In this document: positions 48,470 through 58,123 of the stretch, in pieces | Layout of the letters: each line of letters opens with the position of its first letter | How positions within the stretch are numbered: position 1 is the first letter of the stretch | The notes under the pieces: generated by a model | The model's input: the letters and a program-made list of their open reading frames with translations, nothing else | Told to the model about the DNA's origin: nothing | The model's database searches: none | Translations under genes and position numbers: made by a program | Virus record (IMG/VR): IMGVR_UViG_3300035208_002115 | From: a virus | Taxonomy: Duplodnaviria; Caudoviricetes | DNA: 64,000 bases | Strand: one strand, 5' to 3'

Positions 48470-49702
48470 ATGGCAAAGAAAAATTCAACAAATGCATTCA
48501 GTGACATTTCAGGTCTACTTGAATCTGCCTCAGACAAGACAGATGTTATCTTAGAAAATTCCAACATCAAAAGCACGTTTATTAGCACAGACATCCATAT
48601 TTTGGATGCTTTATTATCTACTCATGTAATTGATGGTGGTATCGCAGATGATAGAATTACAGTGTTTGCTGGTGACCCACAAACAGGTAAATCTTATATC
48701 TGTTATAATATAGCCAGAAATGCTCAGAAACAGGGATATTATGTTGTTTACATTGATACTGAACACGCCTGTAACTTATCTACATTTGAAACTTTTGGAA
48801 TTGATGTTAAAAAAGAAAATTTCCAATTGATAAAAATCAAGGACATTGAAACTATTAAGACTGTTATGGCTAAGTTTCTTAATAGTATGAGAATTAAAAA
48901 AGAAGAAGGATTTGATGTTCGTAAAACAATTATATTTTTTGATTCTATTGGTGGTGTTGCATCAAGAAAAGAAATTGATGATGCAATAGAAGGTAAAAAC
49001 AAACAAGATATGACAAGGGCTAAATCACTTAAATCGTTATTTAGAATTATATCAGTTGAAATGGGATATTTGCGTATGCCTCTTGTAGCAACTAATCATA
49101 TTTATTTGTCTCAGGATTTATTTCCACAGGCTATTATGAATGGTGGTAAAGGTCTTGAATACTCAGCATCTGTTATTGTTTATCTTTCATCAGCTAAATT
49201 AAAAAGTGATAGGGAAGATGATATGTCAATAGGACAGACTGGTATTATAGTTAGTGCAAAAGCTAAGAAAAATCGTTTAGCAAAACTGAAAAAAATAAAG
49301 TTTGATATCGATGGTGATGGTGGCACTAATAAGTTTGGTGGTTTAGATTTCTTTTTAACAGCAGAAAATTATGAAAAATTCGGAATTGCAAGAGGTAAAT
49401 TGGTAAAGGGTACTGATGGTAATATGGTTTTTGAAGCTGGTGGACAACGTTCGAAATGGTATGTTCGTCATTTAGACCAAACCTTTTATGATAAGGAGCT
49501 TTATACTTCCAAAATATTTACAAAAGAGATTTTGTCTAATTTAGAACCTGTTGTAAAAGATTATTTCAGATATGCATCTTATGAAGAAGCTCAACAATAT
49601 CAAGAACAATCATTAGATGCTCATCATAAAGCAGAAGAAACTGCTATTGATGAAACATTTGATATTGATGTTGACGGAGCAGATACTAAACTTTTTGATT
49701 AA
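48470..49702 (+). CDS. uvsX: UvsX/RecA-like recombinase
   Basis: AGDPQTGKS Walker A, YIDTE, FFDSIG, DMTRAK..KSLFR, TNHIY, GGKGLEYSAS. Confidence 0.93.
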   Translation: MAKKNSTNAFSDISGLLESASDKTDVILENSNIKSTFISTDIHILDALLSTHVIDGGIADDRITVFAGDPQTGKSYICYNIARNAQKQGYYVVYIDTEHACNLSTFETFGIDVKKENFQLIKIKDIETIKTVMAKFLNSMRIKKEEGFDVRKTIIFFDSIGGVASRKEIDDAIEGKNKQDMTRAKSLKSLFRIISVEMGYLRMPLVATNHIYLSQDLFPQAIMNGGKGLEYSASVIVYLSSAKLKSDREDDMSIGQTGIIVSAKAKKNRLAKLKKIKFDIDGDGGTNKFGGLDFFLTAENYEKFGIARGKLVKGTDGNMVFEAGGQRSKWYVRHLDQTFYDKELYTSKIFTKEILSNLEPVVKDYFRYASYEEAQQYQEQSLDAHHKAEETAIDETFDIDVDGADTKLFD

Positions 49703-49716
49703 TTAGTAATATAATA

Positions 49717-49752
49717 AAAAAAAGACATGTGAGAATTCTCACATGTTTTTTT
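49717..49752 (+). terminator. Intrinsic terminator/hairpin after uvsX
   Basis: acatgtgag-aatt-ctcacatgt + T tract. Confidence 0.8.
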
Positions 49753-49774
49753 ATCTAAAAATATTTTAAGTGAA

Positions 49775-50512
49775 ATGGCAGGGGAAAAGGTTGCACCACA
49801 AACGGAATTATCGTTCTTTACTTACATATTGGCGAACCCATTACAATTTCAATTTGTTGAACCATCATTTTTTAAACAGGATGAAATACAATTTGTTTAT
49901 AAATTAATACATGATTATTATTTATCAGCAAAAGTAAAAAGAGTTCCATCCAATGACCAGATAGTTGGTATGGTTAAAATAAATGACCCCGAAAATAAAA
50001 TATCGGATAATGCATTACGGGTCATACTAAAGAACCAAAATGATAACATTGAAAAAGATTGGATTGAAAATAGATTTAGAGCTTGGAAAATATCAAGTGC
50101 TGTTAAAGAAAGAGTTTTCAAAAGTGTTGAGTTAATAAGAAGTTTGGATGATATTAATATAACCAATGTTCTTGGTATAACGTCCGAACTTGAAAACCTA
50201 TATAAAAATCTTTTAATTATTGATAATACTGATGAAGATTTGGGTTCAGATTTTTATGACCCAGAATCTCATAAACAAAATGTAAATGTAAACAAAGTTA
50301 AAACTGGGTGGTCATCACTTGATAATATTCTTACAGGTGGTTGGGACATTGGAACTCTTAACGTTATTATGGGGGAGACAAACATAGGTAAATGCACTCA
50401 TTATCAATCAGTTATGAGAGTTAAAAATAAAAAAACGGGTGAAATAAAAGAAATAAAAATTGGTGATTTTTTTAATTTAATTAAAAATAAAAATATTAAT
50501 GATGGTTTGTAA
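49775..50512 (+). CDS. Replicative helicase (gp41/DnaB) N-terminal part fused to split-intein N fragment
   Basis: KTGWSSLD..L.GG...GTLNVIMGETNIGK then C (50393) THYQSVMRVKNKKTGEIKEIKIGDFF. Confidence 0.92.
   Translation: MAGEKVAPQTELSFFTYILANPLQFQFVEPSFFKQDEIQFVYKLIHDYYLSAKVKRVPSNDQIVGMVKINDPENKISDNALRVILKNQNDNIEKDWIENRFRAWKISSAVKERVFKSVELIRSLDDINITNVLGITSELENLYKNLLIIDNTDEDLGSDFYDPESHKQNVNVNKVKTGWSSLDNILTGGWDIGTLNVIMGETNIGKCTHYQSVMRVKNKKTGEIKEIKIGDFFNLIKNKNINDGL
50393..50509 (+). mobile_element. Split intein N-fragment (39 aa)
   Basis: Cys1 directly after Walker A GK; block A-like segment and I.I.D/E.F motif. Confidence 0.88.
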
Positions 50513-51620
50513 AATATGCAATAAAAAATTCCAAACCAGAAAGGGGTTGATAATACATTTAAGTAAATTTCATTCAAATGAAAATCTTAAAGAGTATTAT
50601 GATAAATACTTAAAAAATGATAATGAGGGTAAATGTTATATATGTGGTGATGATGCCAAATTTTTAAGTATTAGTAAAGGTTACCACACATTATGTTATT
50701 CGAATGATTGTTTAAGTAAATCAAGAGCAACTGGTACTTATCAATTTCTGATGTCTAAATATAAAATATCTAAAGAAGAAGCAATAAAATTAATGAATGA
50801 AAGAGCTTTAGAAAGAGGTAAAGAAATAAAAAGTGGATTAGATATTAAATTAAATGAAAATGAAAATTTTCATAAAGAAAAATCACACCAAACTAAGGAA
50901 TATTGGATTAAAAGAGGTTATGGTGAAAAAGAATCTATTCAAAAATCGTCTGAAATTATGAATATGATTCATAATAAATCAACAATTAAAAGAAAAAATA
51001 ACCCAGATAAATATAAAGATATATTAACAACCCAAATTGGTTATTGGCTTAAAAAAGGTTATCCTGAAAAAGAAGCTAAAGAAAAATTAATTGAAAGACA
51101 AAAAACGTTTTCTTTGGATAAATGTATAGAAAAATATGGTGATAAAATTGGTGAAGATGTCTTTAATAAAAGACAGTGGTCTTGGTCTAAATTAATGGAA
51201 GATAAATATAAAAATGGTGATTATCTTAAATTTAGAAAAGAACTATATTCTAAAGATGAACTCAAACTTTTCGAAAATATAATTGAAAAATTAAATATAC
51301 ATGATAATGTTTATTATGGTAAAAAACAATATTATAGAACATTTAAAAGTATAGGAAAAACTTTTTCATATGATTTTGTTTACAATAAAAAAGTGATAGA
51401 ATTTAATGGTGATTATTGGCATTGCAATCCTTTATTATATAAAGCTGATTATTTTCATCAGTATAAACAGATGTATGCAAAAGATGTGTGGAAATTTGAT
51501 AATATAAAAACAACTTGTATAACAGATTGTGGTTATGAAATTTTAATAATTTGGGAAAATGAATATAAACAAAATAAGGAAAAAACTATACAAAAATGTA
51601 TAGATTTTATTAATAAATAA
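50499..51620 (+). CDS. Free-standing Vsr/DUF559-like homing endonuclease with zinc fingers
   Basis: CKIC...HLSKFH, CYIC; YW.K.GY.EKE repeats; YDF...VIEFNGDYWH...GYEILIIWE. Confidence 0.85.
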   Translation: MMVCKICNKKFQTRKGLIIHLSKFHSNENLKEYYDKYLKNDNEGKCYICGDDAKFLSISKGYHTLCYSNDCLSKSRATGTYQFLMSKYKISKEEAIKLMNERALERGKEIKSGLDIKLNENENFHKEKSHQTKEYWIKRGYGEKESIQKSSEIMNMIHNKSTIKRKNNPDKYKDILTTQIGYWLKKGYPEKEAKEKLIERQKTFSLDKCIEKYGDKIGEDVFNKRQWSWSKLMEDKYKNGDYLKFRKELYSKDELKLFENIIEKLNIHDNVYYGKKQYYRTFKSIGKTFSYDFVYNKKVIEFNGDYWHCNPLLYKADYFHQYKQMYAKDVWKFDNIKTTCITDCGYEILIIWENEYKQNKEKTIQKCIDFINK

Positions 51621-51630
51621 AAATTATTAT

Positions 51631-51993
51631 ATGTTAAGTGATAATACTTATAAAAAATTTATAGAGGTTTTTGATGTTGATGATTGGCAAATAGAAACTG
51701 ATAACGGTTGGTCTGATATCGACCAAATTGGAAAAACTATTGAATATGATGAATGGGAATTAAAAACAATCGATGGATTTGAATTGATATGTGCAGATAA
51801 ACATATATTATTTGATGAAAATTTTAATGAAATATATGTAGAAAATTTAATTAAGGGAAGTAAGATAATTAATACAAATGGTATAAGTGAAATATTATAT
51901 GTTAATAAAACAAAAAATATTTCTAATATGTTTGATATTTCTATAAAAGATGATAAACATAGGTATTATACAAGTGGTATATTATCTCATAAT
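51631..51993 (+). mobile_element. Split intein C-fragment (121 aa)
   Basis: Blocks B, F and G; terminal His-Asn followed by Ser+1 at 51994. Confidence 0.9.
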
Positions 51994-52716
51994 TCTATGT
52001 GGCTTCACAATATTGCTTCAAATACTATTAAAGCTGGTAAGAATGCTTTAGTTTTAACATTGGAGATGGCTGAATATAAATGTACCAAAAGAATGGGTTC
52101 TATGCTTCTGGGTATTCCACCAAGTCTCTATGAAGAAAAAAGTAATGATACACAATATATGTTAAATAAATTGAAGTCATTTAAAAATACTGCAATCACA
52201 AGTAATTTATTCAATAGTAAAGCAGGTGAGCTTTTTGTTAAAAAGTTTAACACAAGTGATTGTACTGTTACTGACATTGATAATTACATAATGAAATTAC
52301 AAGATAATAAACAATTTAAAGTTGATATGGTACTTGTTGATTATCTCAATATAATGAGTCTTGAAAAAGGATTAGATATTAAAGGTAATTTATATCAAAA
52401 AGGAAAACATATAGCAGAAGGTTTGAGGTATCTGGCTGGAAAACACAACACCACATTTATCACTGCAACACAAACAGATAGAGCAGTGTGGGGTGCATCA
52501 GATATTAAAATGGATGCAGTACCAGAATCAAAAGCTATTGTTGAAACTGCTGATACGGTCTGGGCTATTATTAGAACGACTGAAATGAAAAGACAAAATC
52601 TTTATCGTTTGAAAAATTTAAAGCTTAGAGATGGTGAATGTAAGGAACAACAGGTGAAGTTTACTTTTAAGCCTGAAACCTTAACAATGGAAAACGACCT
52701 TTTGGTCGTAGAATAA
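51631..52716 (+). CDS. Split-intein C fragment fused to helicase C-terminal part
   Basis: ICADKH (block B), MFDISI..KHRYYTSGILSHN|SMWL; TLEMAE, LVDYL, TATQTDR, ESKAI.ETAD, KLRDG. Confidence 0.92.
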   Translation: MLSDNTYKKFIEVFDVDDWQIETDNGWSDIDQIGKTIEYDEWELKTIDGFELICADKHILFDENFNEIYVENLIKGSKIINTNGISEILYVNKTKNISNMFDISIKDDKHRYYTSGILSHNSMWLHNIASNTIKAGKNALVLTLEMAEYKCTKRMGSMLLGIPPSLYEEKSNDTQYMLNKLKSFKNTAITSNLFNSKAGELFVKKFNTSDCTVTDIDNYIMKLQDNKQFKVDMVLVDYLNIMSLEKGLDIKGNLYQKGKHIAEGLRYLAGKHNTTFITATQTDRAVWGASDIKMDAVPESKAIVETADTVWAIIRTTEMKRQNLYRLKNLKLRDGECKEQQVKFTFKPETLTMENDLLVVE

Positions 52717-52735
52717 AAAAAAAATTTTTTATTTT

Positions 52736-53485
52736 ATGAATGAAAAAAATAAAAATATAAAAACCGAAGATAACAATTCAGTGTTTTTAGAAAATGAAGA
52801 TGGTGTCGATGAATACAATGAAATAAATTTAGGAAAAGATGTATTCGTTGATGAATCTTTTAATGAGGATGACGATGATGATGAACCATATATTGAAGCG
52901 GTAGAAGATGATGAAGATGGTGATGAAGATGAATCTGAAAAATCTGAAAATAAAAATAATTCTTCTGACAAACATGGTGATTTAAATGCTATATATCGTT
53001 TTAATAATAATAAACATAAGCGTGAAGGTCGTCACTCTCTGAAAAGAGATACCATATTTAAAGGTAAAGAGAATAAAGTAGAAATAGGTGAAGAAGATTC
53101 ATCTGACCATCCGATTAATAAAAATTATAAAATTGAATCTGGTAGTTTATTCGAACAAGAATCCAGAAATAATGAAGATTATGTGAATCAAAAAAATCTT
53201 TCTAATGATGTTTTTGAAATTTTAGAAAAATTTACTGATTTAGATTTTAAAAACAACCGAAGAAAACCAAATAAACAATCTTTTAATGATTATTATAGAT
53301 TGTTATTAGAACATCTTAGTATTAAGTATACCCATTCTGAATTGTTTGTAGAACTTGCTTATTATTTTTCGGATAATATTTTTAATATATTCAAACTTTT
53401 AGATAAAAAATATGCTACAATCGTAATCAGAGAACTAAAATCCAAAGGTTATTTAAAGAATTTAGATAACATAAATTTCGTTTAA
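52736..53485 (+). CDS. Hypothetical protein with highly acidic N-terminus
   Basis: D/E tracts followed by a helical C-terminal domain. Confidence 0.75.
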   Translation: MNEKNKNIKTEDNNSVFLENEDGVDEYNEINLGKDVFVDESFNEDDDDDEPYIEAVEDDEDGDEDESEKSENKNNSSDKHGDLNAIYRFNNNKHKREGRHSLKRDTIFKGKENKVEIGEEDSSDHPINKNYKIESGSLFEQESRNNEDYVNQKNLSNDVFEILEKFTDLDFKNNRRKPNKQSFNDYYRLLLEHLSIKYTHSELFVELAYYFSDNIFNIFKLLDKKYATIVIRELKSKGYLKNLDNINFV

Positions 53486-53515
53486 TCGAAATATAAAAAA
53501 TTATGAAAATGAGAA

Positions 53516-56146
53516 ATGTCAAAATTGAAAATATACTCACGAGAAGAAGTATTAACGGAATCATTAAAATATTTCAAAGGTGATGAATTAGCAGCCGAAG
53601 TGTGGATAAATAAATATAGTTTAAAAGATTCATATGGGAATATATTTGAAAAATCGCCAGATGATATGCATCGAAGGATTTCCAGTGAACTTGCAAGAAT
53701 TGAAAAAAAATATAAAAATCCAATATCAGAAGAAGAAATTTATGATACTATAAAAGACTTCAAATTCATTATACCGCAAGGTGGCCCGATGAGTGGGATT
53801 GGAAATAATTTACAGATAGTAAGTTTAAGTAATTGTTTTGTAATTGGTGAAAATCCACATGATTCCTATGGTTCTATCTGCATGGTAGACCAACAACAAA
53901 TACAATTAATGAAAAGACGTGGTGGTGTTGGTCACGATTTATCTCATATCCGACCAAAAGGAACACCAGTTAAAAATAGTGCATTGACTTCAACAGGTGT
54001 TGTCCCATTCATGGAACGTTATTCGAATACAACTAAAGAAGTCGCCCAAGATGGAAGACGTGGTGCATTAATGATTAGTATATCAATAAACCATCCCGAT
54101 GCCGAGAGTTTTATTGATGCTAAAATGACAGCAGGTAGAGTAACTAACGCTAACGTATCAGTTAAAATTGATAATGGATTTATGAAATCTGTGATAAATA
54201 ATGAAGATTATTATCAAACATTTCCTATAAATTATGACATCTCTACATATACTAATCGTTCAGAGATGAAATACGATATTTTAGAAGAACATGGGTTTTA
54301 TAACGAAGATGGTAGTATGAAAACTGTGTATATTAAAAAAGTAGATGCTAAAAAAATATGGAATAAAATTATATTTAATGCATGGAAATCAGCCGAACCC
54401 GGCATTCTGTTCTGGGATAATATAATCAGTGAATCTATACCAGATTGTTATCAAGACCTTGGTTATAAGACTGTTAGTACGAATCCATGTGGTGAAATTC
54501 CATTGAATTCCTACGATTCGTGCAGGTTACTTGCATTGAATTTATATTCTTATGTTGAAAACCCATTCACAAAGGAAGCATATTTTAACTGGGATTTATT
54601 CAGAAAACATGTTCAGATGGGTCAGAGATATATGGATGATATCGTAGACCTTGAAATAGAAAAAATAGACCAAATATTAGAAAAAATCGAAAATGATTCT
54701 GAATCTGATAGAATAAAACTGGTTGAAAAGGATTTATGGGAAAATATTCGAAAAATGGCTATTAATGGTAGACGAACTGGTCATGGTATAACAGCAGAAG
54801 GTGATATGTTAGCAGCTTTAGGTTATATTTATGGTACAAAAGATGCTACCAATTTCTCGGAAACTATTCACAAAGAGTTCATGTTAGAATCATATCGTTC
54901 ATCCGTGATTATGGCAAAAGAACGTGGTGCATTTCCTATATATGATTGGAATAGAGAAAAAGAAAATCCCTTTATAAACAGAATTTATAATTTAGATTCC
55001 GAGCTGTATAAAGAAATGGTTGAATATGGTCGTAGAAACATTGCCCTACTCACAATTGCTCCAACTGGGACTGTATCATTAATGACCCAAACAACATCTG
55101 GTATTGAACCATGTTTCCTACCAGTTTATATGAGAAGACGAAAAATTAATTCACAAGAAAAAAATGTGCGTGTTGATTTCACAGACGATGAGGGTGTAGC
55201 TTGGCAAGAATATCCAGTATTTCATCATAAATTTGAAACGTGGCTTGGCGTAAATGGTTTTGATATTGAAGCAGTAAAAGATATGAAGAAAGAACAATTA
55301 GATGAGATTGTTAAACAATCACCATATTATAAAGCCACTGCAAATGATGTTGACTGGGTTGAAAAAGTTGAAATGCAGGGTCGTATACAAAAATATGTTG
55401 ACCATTCCATATCGGTTACAGTTAATCTTCCAAGTAATGCAACTGAAGAAATTGTAGCCAAGGTATATGAAAGAGGCTGGTCAAGTGGATGTAAAGGTAT
55501 AACAGTTTATCGTGATGGTTCTCGTTCTGGTGTTTTAATTTCTAAAAAGGAACAAAAAGAAAAAGAAAAACTTGATGCTTTTAAAGACCACAATGCACCT
55601 AAAAGACCAAAACGGTTAAAAGCCGATATTATTCGTTTTCAAAATGATTCTGAAAAATGGATTGCTGTTGTTGGTTTATTAGATGGTAGACCATATGAAC
55701 TATTCACTGGCCGTCTTGTAAACGGAATGTCTTCCCTATCACCAACTATTAAAGAATGTGAGGTTATTAAGAGTAAAATAGATGGTGAAGATGGTAAGAA
55801 GATTTCTCGTTATGATATGGAATATACTGATGTAGATGGTGAAAAGAAAACATTTTTTGAATTAAATCATTCTTTTAACCCCGAATTTTGGAATTATGCA
55901 AAATTGGTGAGTGGTTTATTACGTCATGCAATGCCTTTGATATATGTTTATGAATTAATAAATTCTTTAAACCTAAATGATGCCCATTTAAATACTTGGA
56001 AAGCTGGGGTCACAAGAGTTATTAAGAAATATATTAAAGACGGTGAAAAAGTAAAAGGTGTTTGTCAAGAATGTGGTAGTGAACATGTTGAATTTAAAGA
56101 GGGGTGTATGACTTGCATGAGTTGTGGTTCGAGTCGTTGTTCCTAA
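53516..56146 (+). CDS. nrdJ: Class II (adenosylcobalamin-dependent) ribonucleotide reductase
   Basis: SLSNCF, RRGGVG, GRRGALM, TNPCGE, IAPTGT, SGIEP, KGITVYRDGSR, C-terminal CxxC..CxxC; no small subunit adjacent. Confidence 0.93.
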   Translation: MSKLKIYSREEVLTESLKYFKGDELAAEVWINKYSLKDSYGNIFEKSPDDMHRRISSELARIEKKYKNPISEEEIYDTIKDFKFIIPQGGPMSGIGNNLQIVSLSNCFVIGENPHDSYGSICMVDQQQIQLMKRRGGVGHDLSHIRPKGTPVKNSALTSTGVVPFMERYSNTTKEVAQDGRRGALMISISINHPDAESFIDAKMTAGRVTNANVSVKIDNGFMKSVINNEDYYQTFPINYDISTYTNRSEMKYDILEEHGFYNEDGSMKTVYIKKVDAKKIWNKIIFNAWKSAEPGILFWDNIISESIPDCYQDLGYKTVSTNPCGEIPLNSYDSCRLLALNLYSYVENPFTKEAYFNWDLFRKHVQMGQRYMDDIVDLEIEKIDQILEKIENDSESDRIKLVEKDLWENIRKMAINGRRTGHGITAEGDMLAALGYIYGTKDATNFSETIHKEFMLESYRSSVIMAKERGAFPIYDWNREKENPFINRIYNLDSELYKEMVEYGRRNIALLTIAPTGTVSLMTQTTSGIEPCFLPVYMRRRKINSQEKNVRVDFTDDEGVAWQEYPVFHHKFETWLGVNGFDIEAVKDMKKEQLDEIVKQSPYYKATANDVDWVEKVEMQGRIQKYVDHSISVTVNLPSNATEEIVAKVYERGWSSGCKGITVYRDGSRSGVLISKKEQKEKEKLDAFKDHNAPKRPKRLKADIIRFQNDSEKWIAVVGLLDGRPYELFTGRLVNGMSSLSPTIKECEVIKSKIDGEDGKKISRYDMEYTDVDGEKKTFFELNHSFNPEFWNYAKLVSGLLRHAMPLIYVYELINSLNLNDAHLNTWKAGVTRVIKKYIKDGEKVKGVCQECGSEHVEFKEGCMTCMSCGSSRCS

Positions 56147-56163
56147 TAACCAAGTAGTTAGAT

Positions 56164-56197
56164 AAAAACCCTTCCGAATAAGAAGGTTTTTATTTTT
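56164..56197. terminator. Bidirectional terminator
   Basis: aaaaacccttc-cgaataa-gaaggttttt between convergent genes. Confidence 0.8.
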
Positions 56198-56610
56198 TAT
56201 TTTTTATTTAACTTATCTTTAAGATATTCAAGCATTGGTATAGCCTCAGATTTTCTGAATTTTTGTCCAACTTGAATTTTCATACCTCTTTTATCATAGT
56301 ATAATAATACTGGGTCATCTTTCCACATAAAAGACCATAAAGCGTTACGATGTGTATAAGTTGGATGAAATATTGGTTTAAATCCCAAAAGTTCTGTTAT
56401 TTTATTCCATTTTTTATATATGGAAGAATTAGCATCAATATCATTACGGGTATGATACCATGATATAACAGCCATGTAAGAATCGAAAATATTCCCAAAT
56501 AACATTCTGTTATTTATTGGAGTTGATTCCAATTCTAATTTTCTAACTATTTCTTTATCAGTTAGTGGTATTAACATATCATTCTTTATTATGTTTCTGA
56601 CACACACCAT
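56197..56610 (-). CDS. Hypothetical protein (start probably at 56577)
   Basis: ORF track. Confidence 0.65.
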   Translation of the reverse strand: MVCVRNIIKNDMLIPLTDKEIVRKLELESTPINNRMLFGNIFDSYMAVISWYHTRNDIDANSSIYKKWNKITELLGFKPIFHPTYTHRNALWSFMWKDDPVLLYYDKRGMKIQVGQKFRKSEAIPMLEYLKDKLNKK

Positions 56611-56842
56611 CCAGATGATTGGTCATTTGAATACATTCTGGACAATATTCGAGATTAAACTCTTTAAATATTGACCAATCACTTTCAAAATAATCAAATT
56701 TATGGAATCGTTCCTCATATTCATAACCATCTTCAGTAATCAATTTACCATCTTTAAATTCAAGATATTCATAATCTAAAAAATATCTATGGGTAATTTT
56801 TTTACCACTTATGGCTGCTTCAAGTGCTTCGGTTCGGTTCAT
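56579..56842 (-). CDS. Small protein resembling Tad2/DUF2829 family, with a Cys-rich tail
   Basis: MN..EALEA...GKKI...DW.I; CPEC...CQKH. Confidence 0.4.
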   Translation of the reverse strand: MNRTEALEAAISGKKITHRYFLDYEYLEFKDGKLITEDGYEYEERFHKFDYFESDWSIFKEFNLEYCPECIQMTNHLDGVCQKHNKE

Positions 56843-56917
56843 ACTTTTCTAAATAAGTGATATTTTATTGTTAAAATGTTCAACAATCAAAGAAGTTACA
56901 ATAACAGTCATGATATA

Positions 56918-57121
56918 TTATAATAATTCGGTTTCTTTTAAATAATGTAATTTACCACATTTTTTACATTTATCGACAGTATATGAGGTTTCATCCCAAT
57001 GAGACCAACCATCTCCACCATAATGCATTGCAGCGTGTTCACTATATGATGAACGTTTTTCTGTTTTTCTGGTGGCTGTATTTGAAACAGTTTTATCACC
57101 ACATTTATGTTTTATGGTCAT
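56918..57121 (-). CDS. Small zinc-ribbon protein
   Basis: HKCG...CKKCG. Confidence 0.6.
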   Translation of the reverse strand: MTIKHKCGDKTVSNTATRKTEKRSSYSEHAAMHYGGDGWSHWDETSYTVDKCKKCGKLHYLKETELL

Positions 57122-57130
57122 AATAATGGT

Positions 57131-57352
57131 TTAAAGTTCCATAGTATTTTTTAGCTTATAATATTCATACCACCCTTTTATCGCATCTTCATTTTGTTTT
57201 CCCAAAAATGGTGCTTTAATCAAAGAACAAATATCTGCTTTTTGTTCAAGAGTTAGTTCTTCCCAGTTTGTATCCCAGAAATCGATATCGGATTCTTCAA
57301 TTTGTAGAATCTCATCACCTGTTATCTGATTAATTTTTCCTGTTTTTATCAT
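57131..57352 (-). CDS. Hypothetical protein
   Basis: Early-type cluster. Confidence 0.65.
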   Translation of the reverse strand: MIKTGKINQITGDEILQIEESDIDFWDTNWEELTLEQKADICSLIKAPFLGKQNEDAIKGWYEYYKLKNTMEL

Positions 57353-57381
57353 AATATTTTTATATTTTTATATTTTTATTA

Positions 57382-57621
57382 TTAATATCCTCTGGCTACC
57401 CAGAATTGTTTCCAAGTTAAGAAATTTCTTTCGGGTTTTTTACTGGAGTCAAATTCATATGTTGTAGTAGTACCATAAACCAATCTACTCGAATCATATG
57501 AATTTGTACAGGCCATACCTTTTGATTTAGCCACGATATATCTATCTCTTTCATTTAATGTCAGGAAGAAATAAAAAATCCAAAGTATAAAATATGGTAT
57601 GGTTAATAATATTTTTTTCAT
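57382..57621 (-). CDS. Small membrane protein
   Basis: N-terminal TM. Confidence 0.65.
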   Translation of the reverse strand: MKKILLTIPYFILWIFYFFLTLNERDRYIVAKSKGMACTNSYDSSRLVYGTTTTYEFDSSKKPERNFLTWKQFWVARGY

Positions 57622-57626
57622 GATGT

Positions 57627-58109
57627 TTAATCGAAATTAAATTCTGCAACCCATAACTGTTCTATTATATGATGAGGTAGTTCTTTCGGTCTATTTATTT
57701 TTTTACTCAGCTCAGTTTGTTTTTCATCACTCAAATTGTTCCACCATTTCATAGCTTTTGCTCTTTGTATTGATGGGTTTTTTATTTTTTTAATTCGTGT
57801 TTCAATTTCCTTTTCAAATTCATCTTGTTCTTTAGTATATTTGGAAAAAATAACTCGAATTATTTTTAAGAATCTACTATCCGACTTTAAAATTTGGTCT
57901 AAATTCTTTTTATATGTCAATTTTTTTACTGTTTCATTCTTATGAATAAGTGGGTATTCATCCAATAAAATAAGAAATAATGTTGTTAATTCTTCATCTG
58001 AATATAATGTAATATCATTAAGTACATCTGACAACATTTTTGTAGACATTTTCGTAGACAGTTTTTGTCTTAAATTCTCTGAGAAGTTTTCTACTGATAT
58101 TTTTTTCAT
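57627..58109 (-). CDS. Hypothetical protein
   Basis: AMKWWNNLS motif; early-type cluster. Confidence 0.7.
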   Translation of the reverse strand: MKKISVENFSENLRQKLSTKMSTKMLSDVLNDITLYSDEELTTLFLILLDEYPLIHKNETVKKLTYKKNLDQILKSDSRFLKIIRVIFSKYTKEQDEFEKEIETRIKKIKNPSIQRAKAMKWWNNLSDEKQTELSKKINRPKELPHHIIEQLWVAEFNFD

Positions 58110-58123
58110 GATAATTGTTTTTG

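Noticed and set aside
50499-51630. Group I intron carrying the endonuclease
   Set aside because: The ORF overlaps the upstream gene and leaves only 10 nt downstream, so there is no room for a ribozyme core; both flanks have their own stop/start and intein motifs
49775-52716. Helicase pseudogene
   Set aside because: Both halves are intact, carry complementary intein motifs, and keep all helicase motifs
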